Below, piece after piece: positions 26,736-40,400 of a stretch of DNA of 64,000 nt. The notes below the pieces were generated by a model, which saw nothing but the letters and a program-made list of their open reading frames with translations, had not been told where the DNA came from and searched no databases. Both the position numbers and the translations under genes were made by a program. The DNA is taken from positions 69,256,001 through 69,320,000 of the forward strand of contig CM052816.1 in assembly GCA_028534125.1 (NCBI GenBank), given 5' to 3'. Numbering within the stretch: position 1 is the stretch's first letter; each line of letters opens with the position of its first letter. The stretch is from Lama glama (Eukaryota).

Positions 26736-27984
26736 ACTAATTACCTGTCTCTCACTGTTGGGGGAAGAGCTCTTTCCTGCTCATTGTCCTAAAGAGGGCA
26801 AACAACAACAAAATTAGCCAAACAAGCCAGCCCTGAGTAAAGTCCCAGAGTGAAGGCCTTTTGTTTGCTTTTTGCTTTCAGCCTCTCCCAGGTCCCTTTA
26901 CCTCCATCAGGAATGCTCTATTTATTCCCAAGGAGTCTTTTTGGTAGAGAGTGGAGGAGAGAGAGCTGGCGCACTGGCCCTCAGGCAGAGAAGCCTCTGA
27001 TAACCTCATTCATATTGTTACACAATTCCTTTGTAAAGTAGGACTACATCCAAAGAGAAGTCTTGTACTGGGTAAATGACTTTATCCTCTTTCTCACAGG
27101 CATTTGCATTTTAAAAAGGGAACACCAAGATTCTGGAATGGCCTTCTCTAATAGCAGTGCTGTTGGCACTGCCCAGGGACTTTGGAGGTCAGGGATCTTT
27201 CCAGCTGGTGGTTGCCACCTACTCTGACCACAAGGCCAGTCCAGCAGCCGAAAAGAGCTTTGGGAGGGAGGAAAGGGAAGAAGGCGTCCACTGGTAGAAG
27301 CACCACATTGGGAAATGTCACCTTCTCAAGTTAGTCTCTCTGACTCACATCCTGGTTGAGGGGGCAGGTAGGTGAAGAGGAGCAAAGAATACTTCGAGAG
27401 AATTCAAGGATCTAACCTGCTTTCTAAAATCAAAACCAAAGTTGATAACATTCATTTAAGTAAGAAAAAAAAAATAGAACATGGCCGTGAGTAACTGCTC
27501 TCCCCTGGATCGATACCTAGTCACAGATTCCTACCCTCCTCTCCTTCAGTTTTCTGGAGGCTGTCTGCTTGTGTCTCATCTCTTCTCCCCACATCCAGAG
27601 ACTCCGGTTGCTTTGCACAATTGTAGGTCCAGACCAAAGCTGGGTGGAATACATACTGCTGAGGACAAGCCTTCCTTAGACTGAGGACAAGTCTCTATAC
27701 CAGAGATGGGCTCCTCTCCCCCAACTCGCTACCCGCCCTCAACCTGAGATGACAGTTCCAGCTCCCATGCAATTGAGGCCAGCCTGACTGTCCCTTGCTG
27801 CCTGGTCCATTGGCCAGTTCTCTTTGCTCTTTCTTCAGAGATGCCTCATGAGATTTGTTATTAAACTGTCCATGATTTTAGTACCAGCTGCTGCCAACAT
27901 ATGTAAGACAGGAGTAAATATTTCACTGGCATAAAGTTGACCGACAGCTCAGTCTATATCTGAATTTCAACCAACGGTGGGCCC

Positions 27985-28255
27985 CCAGTCCAATGAGGTG
28001 TCCTGATAAAAGACACATGGAGGAGAGACAAGGCACAAAGAAGAGGAGAAGGAAATGTGACCACGGAGGCAGAGAACAGAGTGATACACCTGCAAGTCCA
28101 GGAAACCACCAGATGCCAGGAGAGGCGAGGAACAGAATCTCCCCTAGAGCCTCTGCAGGGAGTGCAACCCTGCTTTCTCCTTATTTCCAACTTCTGGCCT
28201 TCAGAACTGTAAGAACTGTTATTTCAAGCTGCCCATATTGTGGTAATCATTTCCT
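27985..28255 (+). mobile_element. MaLR LTR fragment (MLT1A/B-like)
   Basis: ggaacagaatctcccctagagcctctgcagggagtgcaaccctgc...acttctggccttcagaactgtaaga. Confidence 0.75.
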
Positions 28256-31200
28256 TTGATATAAGTAAATATAAGTAAAAGACAGTACCGGCGTCCAATC
28301 TGATCCCAAGGTCTGGGAAGTCATACGGTCCAACAGATGCGCACATCTTGCTAGTAAGTGATGGAGGTTATTTAAGAATGAAATGAGAGTACTTTTTCTT
28401 TCAATTTATTTGTTTTAGTTTTTCAGTTGGCATCTAAGTTGTTAGGACCTCAGTATATGAATTAAATTGTTTGCATACAACTACTTAATAAATGGAATTT
28501 TTAGGCATTTCTTTTGGCATAGGGACACTGAAGAAATTTCTAAGACAATGTGCTGTGAAACAAGTGTGGGAACTTATGACACTGGGTGCTGGTGTCAGAA
28601 ACCCACGTACCCTGGATTTTGCTTCTTTGCATCTCTGGCCGATTGCTTTCTTGCACCTGGTCCAAGAGGGACCTCTACATGGAAAGGAGAAGGGGCAAAG
28701 CAAGGGGGGGTGATGGGGGAGGGGGCAGATACACCTTCCCTTTAAGGGCACAACCTGGTGGATGGACTCATCATGTTTTTTCTCAAGCCATTGGCCTGAA
28801 TGAAGTCATGTGGCCATGCTTAACTGCAAAGGGAGGCAGGGACATTCAAATTGTCCCCTAGGTTCCCAGATAACAATGGGGGTGCTTTATTAGTGTCACA
28901 AGAACAGGGAATGGATATAGGGGGTAACCTGCAGCCTCTGGCTCTGACCACATGAATGGAGAGCATGGATTGTATTGCTTCTTTCTCAATAACTGGTAAT
29001 ATCATCAACAGTAATAGTAATTGCTAAGCAGACTGAAGGAGAGCAGGAGGCTCTGGGGGCAATGAAGGGCACAATAAAAGGGATTGGAACGCCGGCAGCC
29101 CAACAGAAGGGGCGCACACGGTGTGCAGGTATACATGGTAGGTACCATATAGAGACAGCACAGTAAGAGTTTTACTGCTTTATTTTCTTGCCTTTTAGGA
29201 GTTACCAACAGTCTTCAGTCTACAGAGGTAAAAACATTAATTTACATTTGGAGCACAGTCTTGTTCTGGTAAGAGTTACTTTCTGTACCAGGGGAAGACA
29301 GTAATAGATTATATCTTTGGTTTCTTCATACTTATTATTTATGTGTTATTAATTGCTTCCCTAACACTTGTTTACATACCAATTTTAACATAAGAACCAA
29401 CAATGCCCTTCTTCTTTTGAGACTCAAAGTTACTAAAAGATATTGGTTGGACTACCATAGCCTGGACCAAAGCTTGATGACAGGGAAAGGCAGTGGATTC
29501 TTATATTTAAATAATTCACTGTGAGAGTAATAGTTGGCTGGATTAATGGGTTGGCTGTTCCACCAACATTTGGATACCCAAGGGGAAAACTTGTCGAGAG
29601 GGGCGAGACTTCAACCCTGCCACCTGGAGTTGGGCATAGTGGGCTTCTTCCCTAGAGAAGGAGGCTGTTCTGAAAGAGTCAAAATAGTTTGCCGTTAACC
29701 TTACAGAGTACTTTCCTTTTTCCCCAACAAGGGTCCCTTCCTCTGCTATATTTGCATCTATACATATACGTCTGTTTGTGCATCACGTCACTGCTCCTAT
29801 CACAGGCTCTGTCCCACCTTGGCTTTCTCCACAGCATCATCTGACCAGACTGTAGTTATCAGTGAAGGGTTTAGGGGTGTCTAGAGGACATCACAATGTA
29901 GAAGAACTTACAACCTGACACTAAGCCACTTGCAGAGTCCTAGGTAATGGGACCTTTGTTTATGCTCCTGCTATAGTCGCACTCTTACCAAACAATTTGT
30001 CCCTCACTCTTGGGACTCTCTCCTACCAATCTCTCACAAGCCAGGCCCAGCAATTCACTCACAGTTGCCGTCTAACTCAGGGAAGTCCCATGTCCCTTTA
30101 TTCAAGGTCACAGAGGCCAGTGTGACAGAAGACCAAGAGGGTAGGACCAGGCCTCTGTGGCTCCCATCCCACCCCACCCACTCAGCACAAAAGGATGCAC
30201 AACCTTTGAGCCCTCCTGCTGCCCAATTCTGTGTGGCAGTTTCCCCACTCAGCCCTCCCAAGCAGAGAGCTGGAAGTTCGTCAGGACATGTATATCATTA
30301 CATTACTTTTTGACCTTCTTCATTTTATCCATGAGTAAATGGCAAAGGCATCAGGTACATAGTCAAAGAAATGTGCCAGCACCCCAAGCCTGGATAGGAA
30401 ATGCAGAGTCAAGTAACACGAAGGCATTTCCACAGCTCAGCCCAGGATGGGTCTTAGTACTTGGGGTTTGGTGGCCTTCCAAGACCACCCACCCACATGA
30501 AGCAAAACTGGGCCTTCTCATTCTTCTGGTGGTTAACTACTGGAACACACACACAAACCTCCCAATTCTAAAGAAGAGAAAGAAACATTTTTCCTAAGTG
30601 CCATGTCCCGCAATTAAGTGGGCTAACGACAGCTTCTTCTTGTTGTTTATGACATTTCTGTATCCCAAACCATCTCCCACAGGCCCTCAATGCATAGACA
30701 GCTGGCCCATTATTAATCTTTCCAAACATCAAGTCCATAAACACCAGTGGCCACCCTCCAGCTACACGAAGAGCTGATTGAAACTTTGAAATCATGGCTT
30801 TTTTACCGCGGACCAGATAAAACTTATAGGTGAGGTATCCTCCTCTCTTGGCTCCATAAGCCACTGGGGCTTATTTATGGATTGATTATTCCCCTTGACC
30901 CAGAGTACACCCCAGCACTGAGGGGAAGTTCTGTTAAAAAGCTATAACATCAGGAACCCAGAAGTAGCCTCTCTTCTGGCTGAGAAGCCCTTGCAGGACT
31001 GACAACAGCTGTGAAGGGGCTGTCCTGGATCGCCCATGCTGCAGTGGGTTACCAGCATCAGGCTTTGGTGGTTACATGGGTACAGCTGAGGTCATGTGGG
31101 AGCTGGGAATCCCAGAAAGGTGAGAAGATCCAGGATGGAACTTTGAGATCAAGTAGGCCCTTCTGGGTCTCCAGGCTGGTCCACAGGGAAGGAATAGGAT

Positions 31201-31659
31201 TCTGGACTTTCCTAATCTGGACATGCAGGTCCTCAAAAGGCATTTTCCAAGGCAATGGGTGGAATTACATTACTTACATACCCAAATGGAGAAGTGGGAC
31301 ATATGGTTCAATACAACTTATTTTATTGCTGAAAAAAATGCTAAGAGGTGGTACTATTTTTATTTCCATTTTATATAGAAGGAAAGTACAGTTTAGTAGA
31401 GTAACTTGTCCAACGCCACATGGCTAATAAGTGGGAAAAATTAGATCTGAAACCAGGTTTGCTGGCTGTTCTTAATCAGTATGTCCCCCTGCCACTCAGG
31501 GCTGTCAACAAGGAGTGACTGACATCATCATGACACACCTTCTCTGCGTGACCAGCCCTGGATCATGCTGAGCCTGAACCTCCCCTACAGGAAAGGGAAG
31601 ACCCAGAACCAGACCTGGCTCCTGAAATGAGCCCCACTGAGATGCTCAGTGTTTTCTTT

Positions 31660-31970
31660 CAATAAGTACTAACCAAATACCTACAATGCTCTCAGGAGTA
31701 TGCTCAGCTTTTAGGCAGTAACAAGTCTAACAGGATCCATGCTTTCTAAAATACCTTGCCATCTGGTTGGGGAAACAGGAACAGCACGGGTAATGGTGAA
31801 TGATACAAGGCAGTTACAATGAAGGATTAAATTGTATGTTACTGACTATAATTTTTATAGCAGTTCAGAGAAGAAAGAGGTGAATATGGGCTGTTCTTAC
31901 TCAGGGAAGGCTTTTATAAAGAGGGGTTTGAACCAAACTCTCAAGGACAGATAAGATTTGGAAGGGGAAT
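31660..31970 (-). mobile_element. L2 fragment
   Basis: ttcaataagtactaaccaaatacctacaatg...tcagggaaggctttt...gggtttgaaccaaactctcaagga. Confidence 0.5.
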
Positions 31971-33306
31971 GAACTTACTAATCCTCTCCCCCACAACCAA
32001 ATCATATAGTTGGTTTATTTCTTTTAAAGCCACTGATAGTAAGCTGTGTTTTGCTTTTCTTTTTTGAAAATTTCTAAATAGAGTCTACATTTAGAACAAG
32101 TGATATAAACACAAAATTTAAAAAAAAACATGTTACCACTGAAACCATCTAACTTTGTGTCATGAATTTTTATAGTCAATGCTCATGGGATGTCTTGTGA
32201 TTTCCTAAGAGTGACTGTTCTGACCTAGTCACAAATAATTTAAGACACAGGCAACAGCTGCCATTTGAGAGGTTTGGTTTTTTATTTTTGATATGATAAA
32301 GAATATAAGATTAAAATGCCTAGTTCCAGGGGCCTATTTTGTTTCCTAATTTTTAAGAAGACAGAAGTCTTCAAAACTTTGAAAGCAGAGTTTTAGCTAT
32401 GACCTGAGTTTTACTCCACAAAGCCCTCTACTTCCCATTTCTAAGGAGGCCCTATGCCCAGGCCTGGGCCAGGGCCAGAGGCAAACTCTCATAGGCAACC
32501 TGAACAACATGTTGGCTTTCTTGACTCTCAGATCCAGAACGATGCTCTGCGAAGAGCCAGAAGTGCCACCGCCTTGGCAGGGGCCCTGAGCTCAGTCTGG
32601 TGAGTAAGTGCCAATTGGCGGTGATGTTGGTGGTGTCTCTGGATTTGTCCCCTAATACAGCATGCTCTACATCTTTAGATCCGAACTGGCATTGACAATT
32701 GTATGTTTTGCTACAGTGCAACAGTAATTGAACTGATTGGTTAAATAAAGTCACTACCATTCACATGACAGACTTTGACAGAGAAAATGTTTTAGGGGAA
32801 GTTCCATCTGGACAAGAGATGCCCAAATGGCTGGCTCCCCACAGTCTTGCTAGACTTTACCAGACTGAAGATCCTTGTTGATTGCTGACTGATGGTACGC
32901 AGGAAGCTCCCCTTACCCACCAGTACAAGGGAGGGAGAAGGGAGCCCTGGGAGCAGGGTGGGTAAGGCCATAGTGCAGAGCCCAGGAAGAAGCAAACAAG
33001 ACGTTCGTCCTCATGTACTCCCAGGTGAACCTGGTCTGGGTCATATTCCTTCATACTCCCTTTCAGCGTGGTGGTGTTCTGGAATCTGTAATCCCAGAGT
33101 GAAAAAGCAACTCCAGCCAAATTCCTAAAACACTTATTCTTTTCCTAGACAATTGCTCCTAACTAGTCCCTGCCCTATTCTTCCCCACAGAGTGAAATCA
33201 GATTAGTCTTCCCAAATATAACTCGGTACACAGCTCTCTTCAGGGTTTGTTCATGGTATGCCTTGACACAGAGAGGATATAGACGAGAACTCTAGGCAAT
33301 GGAATT

Positions 33307-33358
33307 CACCACAGTGCCCTTTAAATGACAAAGTACACCACAGTGCCCTTTAAATGAC
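33307..33358 (+). repeat. Perfect 23-bp direct repeat with 6-bp spacer
   Basis: caccacagtgccctttaaatgac - aaagta - caccacagtgccctttaaatgac. Confidence 0.95.
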
Positions 33359-34339
33359 CCTCTGCCTCCTTGGGACTAGGGGTCAGCTTTTTTTGATAGG
33401 ACTTTACCCTCTCTCTCTGCTTTTCTAGCTCCATTGCTTCCTCAGCATCCTTTTTGAGTCACACGTCCTCCACTAAGCCCCCTGCACAGCCCTTTCCTGA
33501 GGAAACCCTGGCCCTAGCTTCACGCGACTTAGGACAGTCAGTGCTCACTTTTGAGCAAAGTTTCCCCCAGAGCAAAGGTTGAAAGTCCTAAGCTCTCTCC
33601 CACTGTGTCATAGGAAATTGGTTTTTGAATGTCCCCAAGAAACATCTCACTCTTCTACCTTGTCAGAACACCCGGCCTCTGAGTTCTTGTGGTTAGAGGT
33701 TGTGTCTCACTCTTCTCAACCATTGTCTTAGACAGGTTGGCACTTAGGATGTGCTCACTTGATATTTTGGGAAAAAGTGAAGAAAGTGGTCTTTTTTTTT
33801 CTCTTTCTGCACTTGTAATTCATAGACAAATCTACACTTGCAAGGAGACTCGGAAATAATACACAAATTGACTTGAAATCTTAGTGCACTTTAAAAAATC
33901 TACTCCCAGTCTTTAGTCAAAGAGAAGGCATGTTTTTTACCTATCTGTCAAATGAATAAAATAATTAAGAGCTACAATTGCTTGGCTCTTAGGAGCTTTA
34001 AAATCATGAACATGAATCATAAATTGTAGAAGTAAGCTCCTAACAAAAAATGAGAGAGCAATAGAGCGAGTGCAGTCCCACTGAGAGCCAATTAGCCCAT
34101 TTCTTACTCAATCCATGAATTTCAGACTTTTAAAATAAGAACCATCAAAACAAACCTTTTGAGACCTGCTAAATGTGGCAGTCCTTCAAAAGTGTATATA
34201 AAATACAGATGTAAATCCAAACTTAATAAGGGGAAAATGACAGAGGATAGTAAAACTGGTCTTTGCAGAGCTGCTCTGTAAATGCATTTTATTTTATTGA
34301 CCAGTTTTATAACCCTTATCAGGCAAATGCCTACCTTGG

Positions 34340-34344
<5 letters not shown>

Positions 34345-34373
<29 letters not shown>
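34345..34373. repeat. (TG)n microsatellite
   Basis: About 14 perfect TG units. Confidence 0.95.
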
Positions 34374-34375
<2 letters not shown>

Positions 34376-35124
34376 TTCAGCTGGTGTAACCTGAGCCAGG
34401 CTGTATGAACTCCTTAAATAATTAAATATGTCTGTATGTGGACAAACAAATGCATTATTGACAGATGACTGTTGGGTCCACCTGTCAAATGCTAAAACAT
34501 TTGATTCTTAAGGACAATATATTTCTTTTGTTCAACTCCTATATTTTGAAACTGCTGTTTCTTTGTTTTTCAAGGAAAAAAATTTCTTGAAAGGGAAGAA
34601 AATGTACCTTGCAACACTCCTAAGGCCAGTCACACACACACCTCCATCTTCAGGACTTTGCCAGTGAGCCCTCTTGGAAACATACTAAGATTCTACCCCA
34701 TCTTTGATTAATTTCCCTTTCCAATCCACAGTCCTTCTAGTCTCTAAGTGCTGTTGATTTTACTCCTAAAACATGTGTATTTTCCTCTGCATGTCTATTA
34801 ACTAGACCCTTATATCACCTTACACTTGGGGAGTTGCAGGAAGATTGAATTGTTTTAGCTTTTCCCAATCTCTCCAACTCCAAGCCACTCAAACCAGATG
34901 GATTAAGTGAACAAGTGACTGATAAAAGGATAGAGAGAGGGAATAAGTGAAATTTGTTTTATTAAAATAACTGAATTGGCTCCTGATTCTATAATCACTT
35001 TCTTTGCTATTTAAGAAAAAAAATAATATATTTACTGGCCAAAATATGTGTGATACTCTCCCAGGCACTGTTAAGGGGTGCAAAAAATATATATATGACA
35101 TGATTTTTTACATCAGGACATTTT

Positions 35125-35241
35125 TTTTGAAGTATAGTCTGTTTACAATGTTATGTTAATTTCTGGTGTACAGCATAGTGAGTCAGTTACATATATGTGT
35201 ATATATATACACACAGACACATATATACACATACATATATA

Positions 35242-35276
<35 letters not shown>

Positions 35277-37089
35277 TCCTTTTCATATTCTTTTTCATTA
35301 TAGGCTATTACAAGATACTGGATATAGTTCCATGTGCTATACAGTAGGTCCTTGTTGTTTATCTATTTTATATATAGTAGTTAGTATCTGCAAATTCCAA
35401 ACTCCCAATTTATCCCTCCACCCCTACCTTTCCCCTCTAGTTGAGGTGGGAAGCCCCGTGAAAAAGACGGCAGGACCCCCAGGCAGGGCCACTACCCTCC
35501 TGCCAGCACCATTTGGTTCCCTGGCTCTGCAGCATTATCTTGCTTTTTAAACTCTGAAAAGGCTTACTTCTAGGAAAGCGGAACTTATCCCTAAGATTCT
35601 ATTGGTTCCCTGAGCTAACTCCTGATTTGTCCATTTCCCTACTCCTGATAGGTCCATTTCCCTCACTCCTGATTGGTCTATTTCTCTCACTCCTGATTGG
35701 TCCATTTCTACAAAGTTTGTTCCTAATTAGTCACCTTTGTTATATCTTATTTGCATACGATGTTACAAAATGTTGCAAGGTCTAGACTGGTAGCCTATAA
35801 CAGCCTGTGTAAACCTAAAGATGGGGTCCAGAACTTGGAGTGTTAACTCCTCTGGGCTCTCTGGCATAATAAACCTGAGTTCTCCAGCCCTCCAAGTGCT
35901 GCTTGGACTTGGATCCAGGTTGCTGTCACAACTGAGCTGTAACACTGAGTTGTAACAAACTTTGCTGCAACATGGTAACTATAAGTTTACTTTCTATGTC
36001 TGTCATTTTTTTTTTTTTAGATTCTATATACAAGTGACATCATAGGGTATTTTTCTTTCTCTTTCTGGCTTACTTCACTTAGTATGACAGTCTCCAGGTC
36101 CATCCTTATAACTGCAAATGGCATAATTTTATTCTTTTTAATGGCTGAGTAGTATTCCATTATATAAATATACCACAACTTCTTTATCCAGTCATCTGTT
36201 GATGGAAATTTAGGTTGCTTCCATGTCTTGACTGTTGTATATAGTGCTGCTATGAACATTGGGGTGCATGTATCTTTTCACATTAGAGTTCCCTCCAGAT
36301 GTATGCCCAGGAGTGGGATTGCTGGATCATACAGTAAGCCTATTTTTAGTTTTTTAAGGAATCTCCATACTGCTTTCTATAATGGCTACACCAAACTACA
36401 TTCCCACTTACAGTGTAGGAGGGTTCCCTTTTCTCCACACCCTCTCCAGTATTTATTATTTGTGGACTTCTGGATTATGACCATTCTAACTGGTGTGAGG
36501 TGATACCTCATAACAGTTTTGATTTGTGTTTCTCTGATAATTAGTGATACTAAGCATTTTTTCATGTGCCTATTGGCCATTTGTGTGTCTTCATTGGAGA
36601 AATACTTGTTTAGGTCTTCTGCGCATTTTTGTTTTGGGTTGTTTGGGTTTTTGTCATTGAATTGTATGAGCTGTTTGTATATTCTGGAAATTAAGCCCTT
36701 GTCAGTAGCATCCTTTGTATATATTTTCTCCCATTCTGTAGGTTGTCTTTTTGTTTTCTTTAGTTTCCTTTGCTATGCAAAAGCTTCTAAGTTTAATTAG
36801 GTCCCATTTGTTTATTTTTGCTTTTATTTCTATTGCCTCAGTAGACTGCTCTAGGAGAACATTGCTAAGATTTATGTCAGATAATGTTTTGCCTATGTTT
36901 TCTTCTAGGAGGTTTATAGTGTCTTGTCTTGCATGTTTAAGTCTTTAAGCCGTTTTGAGTTTATTTTTGTGTATGGCATGAGGGAGTGTTCTGACTTCAT
37001 TGATTTACATGCAGCTGTCCAACTTTTCCAATACCACTTGCTGAAGAAGATGTCTTTTCTCCATTGTATATTCTTGCCTCCTTTGTCGA
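35125..37089 (-). mobile_element. 5'-truncated LINE-1 (3' UTR plus ORF2 C-terminal region), interrupted by an LTR at 35442-35972
   Basis: Minus-strand translations [32 protein letters not shown]... and RYHLTPVRM...GTLLHC are L1 ORF2 C-terminal motifs. Degenerate TSD acatcaggacatttt (35110-35124) vs acaacaggccctttt (37090-37104). Confidence 0.93.
35442..35972 (+). mobile_element. Solo ERV LTR (531 bp) inserted in the L1 3' UTR
   Basis: TG...CA termini, 4-bp flanks tagt/tggt, TATAA at 35796-35800 and AATAAA at 35868-35873. The L1 sequence resumes in register on either side. Confidence 0.85.
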
Positions 37090-38499
37090 ACAACAGGCCC
37101 TTTTCAGTCTAGTTATAGAGAGGAAAGGTTAACAAACTTTGAATAGTTAGTAAACAAATAACTGCTTAAATAATATAGTAAGTGAAATAGGACAGCAGAT
37201 AAGTGTGGGTATACTTATGAAGGAGACTGTTTCAAAGGGATCAATTACCTATCTTATGTTAATCATTCTTGCCTCTCTTGCCAGCATTTGGCATTGCACA
37301 CAGTTGATATCTTAATAAAGAAAATCATTTGGTTGCAGGAGATAGAACCCTCTCAAGCTCATGGAAATGAAGAGGAAAGTATTCTAAGGATTCAGGGACA
37401 TCTTGCAGGACCAGAGCAGGAAATACAGCGGGCCCCATGTAGACAGCAGGGAAGATCTGGAAGCAGGTCATCTCTTCTCTCCATCACCATCTCTTTCCCT
37501 AGGGCAGTGGGAGCCCTCACTGTAGCTATATATCTGATTCATTCTGGTTTCTCCAAAGATCATTCCAAAATCCAGCTGCAGCTCCTTTGTCTACACAGCC
37601 TTCAGCTCACTGCCCATGGCTTCCTATGCCCAAGTACACACACAGCTGGAAAATGGGATGGCCTTTATGAAGGACTGACCAGCTGCTGCATTGGAGGCAG
37701 GGTGGCTGGGGCTCTGGGACCTCTGATGCAGGGCTTGGGGGCAGGGAGCAAATGATTGGCATCTCCAGGACAGAAGCCAGTGAGTACACACTCAGATCCT
37801 ATCGCTTGTCTCTAATTTTACAAAGGGAGACTGTCTTTGTTTAGAGAAAGGCTTACGTCTCCTTTTTGCTCTGGGCTAACTCCCCTGGCATTTGGGAAGT
37901 GGAGATGTTTGTGATGTATCACTTTGCTATGGATGTGTTTGGTTCAACAGTAAATTAAGTCATCAGACTTGATTAATGGGCTTAGGTTGAAGAGTTGGGA
38001 GGCATGGAGCTCACCTGACCTCCAGAAATAGCATATTGATTTTCCACAGCCAGGGACCCAGCCCCTCCTGAGGAGCTACAATTACAGATGGGAAGGAGGT
38101 GGGGCCCAGCCAACCTGGGAACAAACAGGAGGTTTTGTGTAATAACTTGCAATCTAACTTGCAGGTCTATGGCATTCTTCTTGCTTTTTCAGGCTTGGAT
38201 CTGATCTAGTTTGCTTCTTCACACTGTGGGCTCTCAAAATTCATGGGAGTTCCAGCAACCACATGTGGCCTTGTAGCCACTTCCTCGGTTCCTCCGCACA
38301 CAATCCAGAAGTGGATGGGAGGAAATGACTCTGTGTAATGCCTCCCCCTTCTTCCCAACCTTTCCAGAACTTCAGCCACCCTGTCTCAGTTTTTCACATG
38401 CCTTCAGGAAGGCCAAGCTCTCAACTCACTGGATCCCACTCCATCCCTACATCTGCTTTAGTCTCTTGTATCCCTTCTCCTGAGTTACTGTGTTCAGCT

Positions 38500-38625
38500 T
38501 AATGTAGCTGAAAGAGCAACAGAGACTTAAATACAAAGCCTAGCTCTGCCATAAACCAGCTGTGTGACTGTGCACAAGTTGCTTAATCTCTCTGGGCTCC
38601 AATTTTGTTCTCCATAAAAATGAGG
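38500..38625 (+). mobile_element. MIR SINE
   Basis: cctagctctgccataaaccagctgtgtgactgtgcacaagttgcttaatctctctgggctc. Confidence 0.75.
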
Positions 38626-39717
38626 CCTACCAAAAGCAAGGCCCTAGACTGAGGATTTTTCTCTGTCTCCCCTGAGCTGGCTTCAATTTGCACTTTCCAG
38701 AATTCATCTCCTCTGAAATTTTCTCCTGCCAGTTGCTAGAGCATTTGGGGTAGGGGAGGGGCGGGGGTGATATGTCAATACGCATTCACGAAACATCTAA
38801 AGGTCCTTTGAAAATGGCAAAAGCACCGACAAACATCTTAGAATTCAAACAGGCTTTATTTTTCTCCTACAGGCACTTTTTGGGAAGACTTGTGATATAT
38901 AGAGGAAAAGAAAAGAGGTGCTTGGAAGGGCTTGCAGCCTCGTAACTTAAAGAGCTAAGCACTTTGCCTGCTGCTCTGACTTGGCACCAGGAGGGATGGG
39001 GAGGGGCAACCTGGTTTCTTTCCACGTTTGCCCCATGCCCGCCCTTCTGCGTAGAGGAAGTGACAAATGGGGCCAAGAAACAAACAGAGGATTGAACTTA
39101 AGAAGGAAAACACAGGAGGCCTCATTCAACCCAGAAGTCATAAAGAAGCAGCAGAAAAGGTCTAGAAGGCACAGGGTGCGTTTCCGTAGTTGTCTGCCTG
39201 GATTACATTTCTGAGTCATTTCTTAACACTTGGCAAAGAGGCTTAGATGTTTAAAACTCCCTTTGTGGCTGGGGAACTGGAAGTATCACGTCTGTAAAGA
39301 GCAATGGGTTTTCACCTTTTTGTACTACAATCACTTTCACTTTAAAATATTTGATGTTTTATAGGCGTGCTCTGTTAGACTGAAGTTTTCACCTGTTCCT
39401 CCTTCCAGTCACCTCACCAAGCAAGTTTCCAGAAGTGACAGGACTTGCTTGTAGGTGATCAAACTTAGTATTTTCTGATACTCTCTTTGTGACAGCAAGT
39501 TAACTGATACTTATTGCATGCTAGGCCCCCTGGAGGAAACAAAGTCTATGAGAGAGATGAGTCACCCATTTAATTGCATAGCATGCACACTCATGCTAAT
39601 TATTGAACTAAATTTCTTAGACCTATTTAAGATTGATTAAATAAATGCTGAGTAAGCATGCCATGGTTACTGTGCAACTATGAAATGACGATGCAGATCC
39701 ATGTAGCTATGAGGAAC

Positions 39718-40030
39718 TGTTTTTTTCTTAGGGCTGCTGTAACAAAGTACTTATCGTAAACTTTTGTGGCTTAAAACAACAGACATTTATTCTCTTATAC
39801 TTTTAGAGGACAGAAATCCAAAATCTAGGTGTCGGCAAGAACACGTTCTCTCTGAAGGTTCTAGGAGAGGGTCCTTCCTCTTTGCTCTTCCCATCGTCTG
39901 GTGGTTGCTGTTAATCCTTGGTATTCCTTGTCTTACAGATACATCACTCCAGTCTTTGCCTCCCCCTTCAAACAGCATACTCCCTCTGTGGCTGTGTGCC
40001 TATGTCCACATTTCCCTCTTCTAATCAGGA
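39718..40030 (-). mobile_element. MaLR LTR (MLT1A-C-like)
   Basis: agggctgctgtaacaaagtac...gtggcttaaaacaacagacatttattctct...aaatccaaaatctaggtgtcggcaag. Confidence 0.8.
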
Positions 40031-40059
40031 CATCAGTCAGTAGATTAGTCATTAGACCC

Positions 40060-40400
40060 AACTCCCCTGAGGCTTCCATGTTGTGAGGAAGCTCAAGCCA
40101 CATGGAAAAATCACATGCAAGTACTCTAGTCCATAAGCCCAACAAAACTTAGAATCCTACTGAATCCAACCCAGGAGTTAGTTCTGAGTGAAGAATGAAG
40201 CCGCCAAGTATTTCCAGACCCCAGATGTTCCATTATCTTCAGCCATTTGAGTTTTCCCAGCTAAGACCCCAGACATCATGGCCACCCCAGCTGTGTCCTG
40301 TGTAAACTCTGTACCCAGAGAATTCATGAGCTATAATAAAACAGTCACTTTTTATGCCTCCGAGTTTTAGGTTAGTTTTGTATGGCAATAGATCATACGG
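40060..40400 (+). mobile_element. MaLR LTR fragment (MLT1G/H-like)
   Basis: ccatgttgtgaggaagctcaagccacatgga...cccagctaagaccccagacatcatgg...tatggcaatagatcatac. Confidence 0.65.

Noticed and set aside
33307..35708. Short direct repeats (23-bp pair; 24-bp x4 array) as a CRISPR-like array
   Set aside because: Eukaryotic context, no unique spacers of regular length and no cas genes; the 24-bp array is an LTR U3 tandem repeat.
36017..37089. ORFs with protein-like translations here and at 112-354
   Set aside because: Fragments of a disrupted, 5'-truncated L1 ORF2 or its antisense frames; not functional genes.
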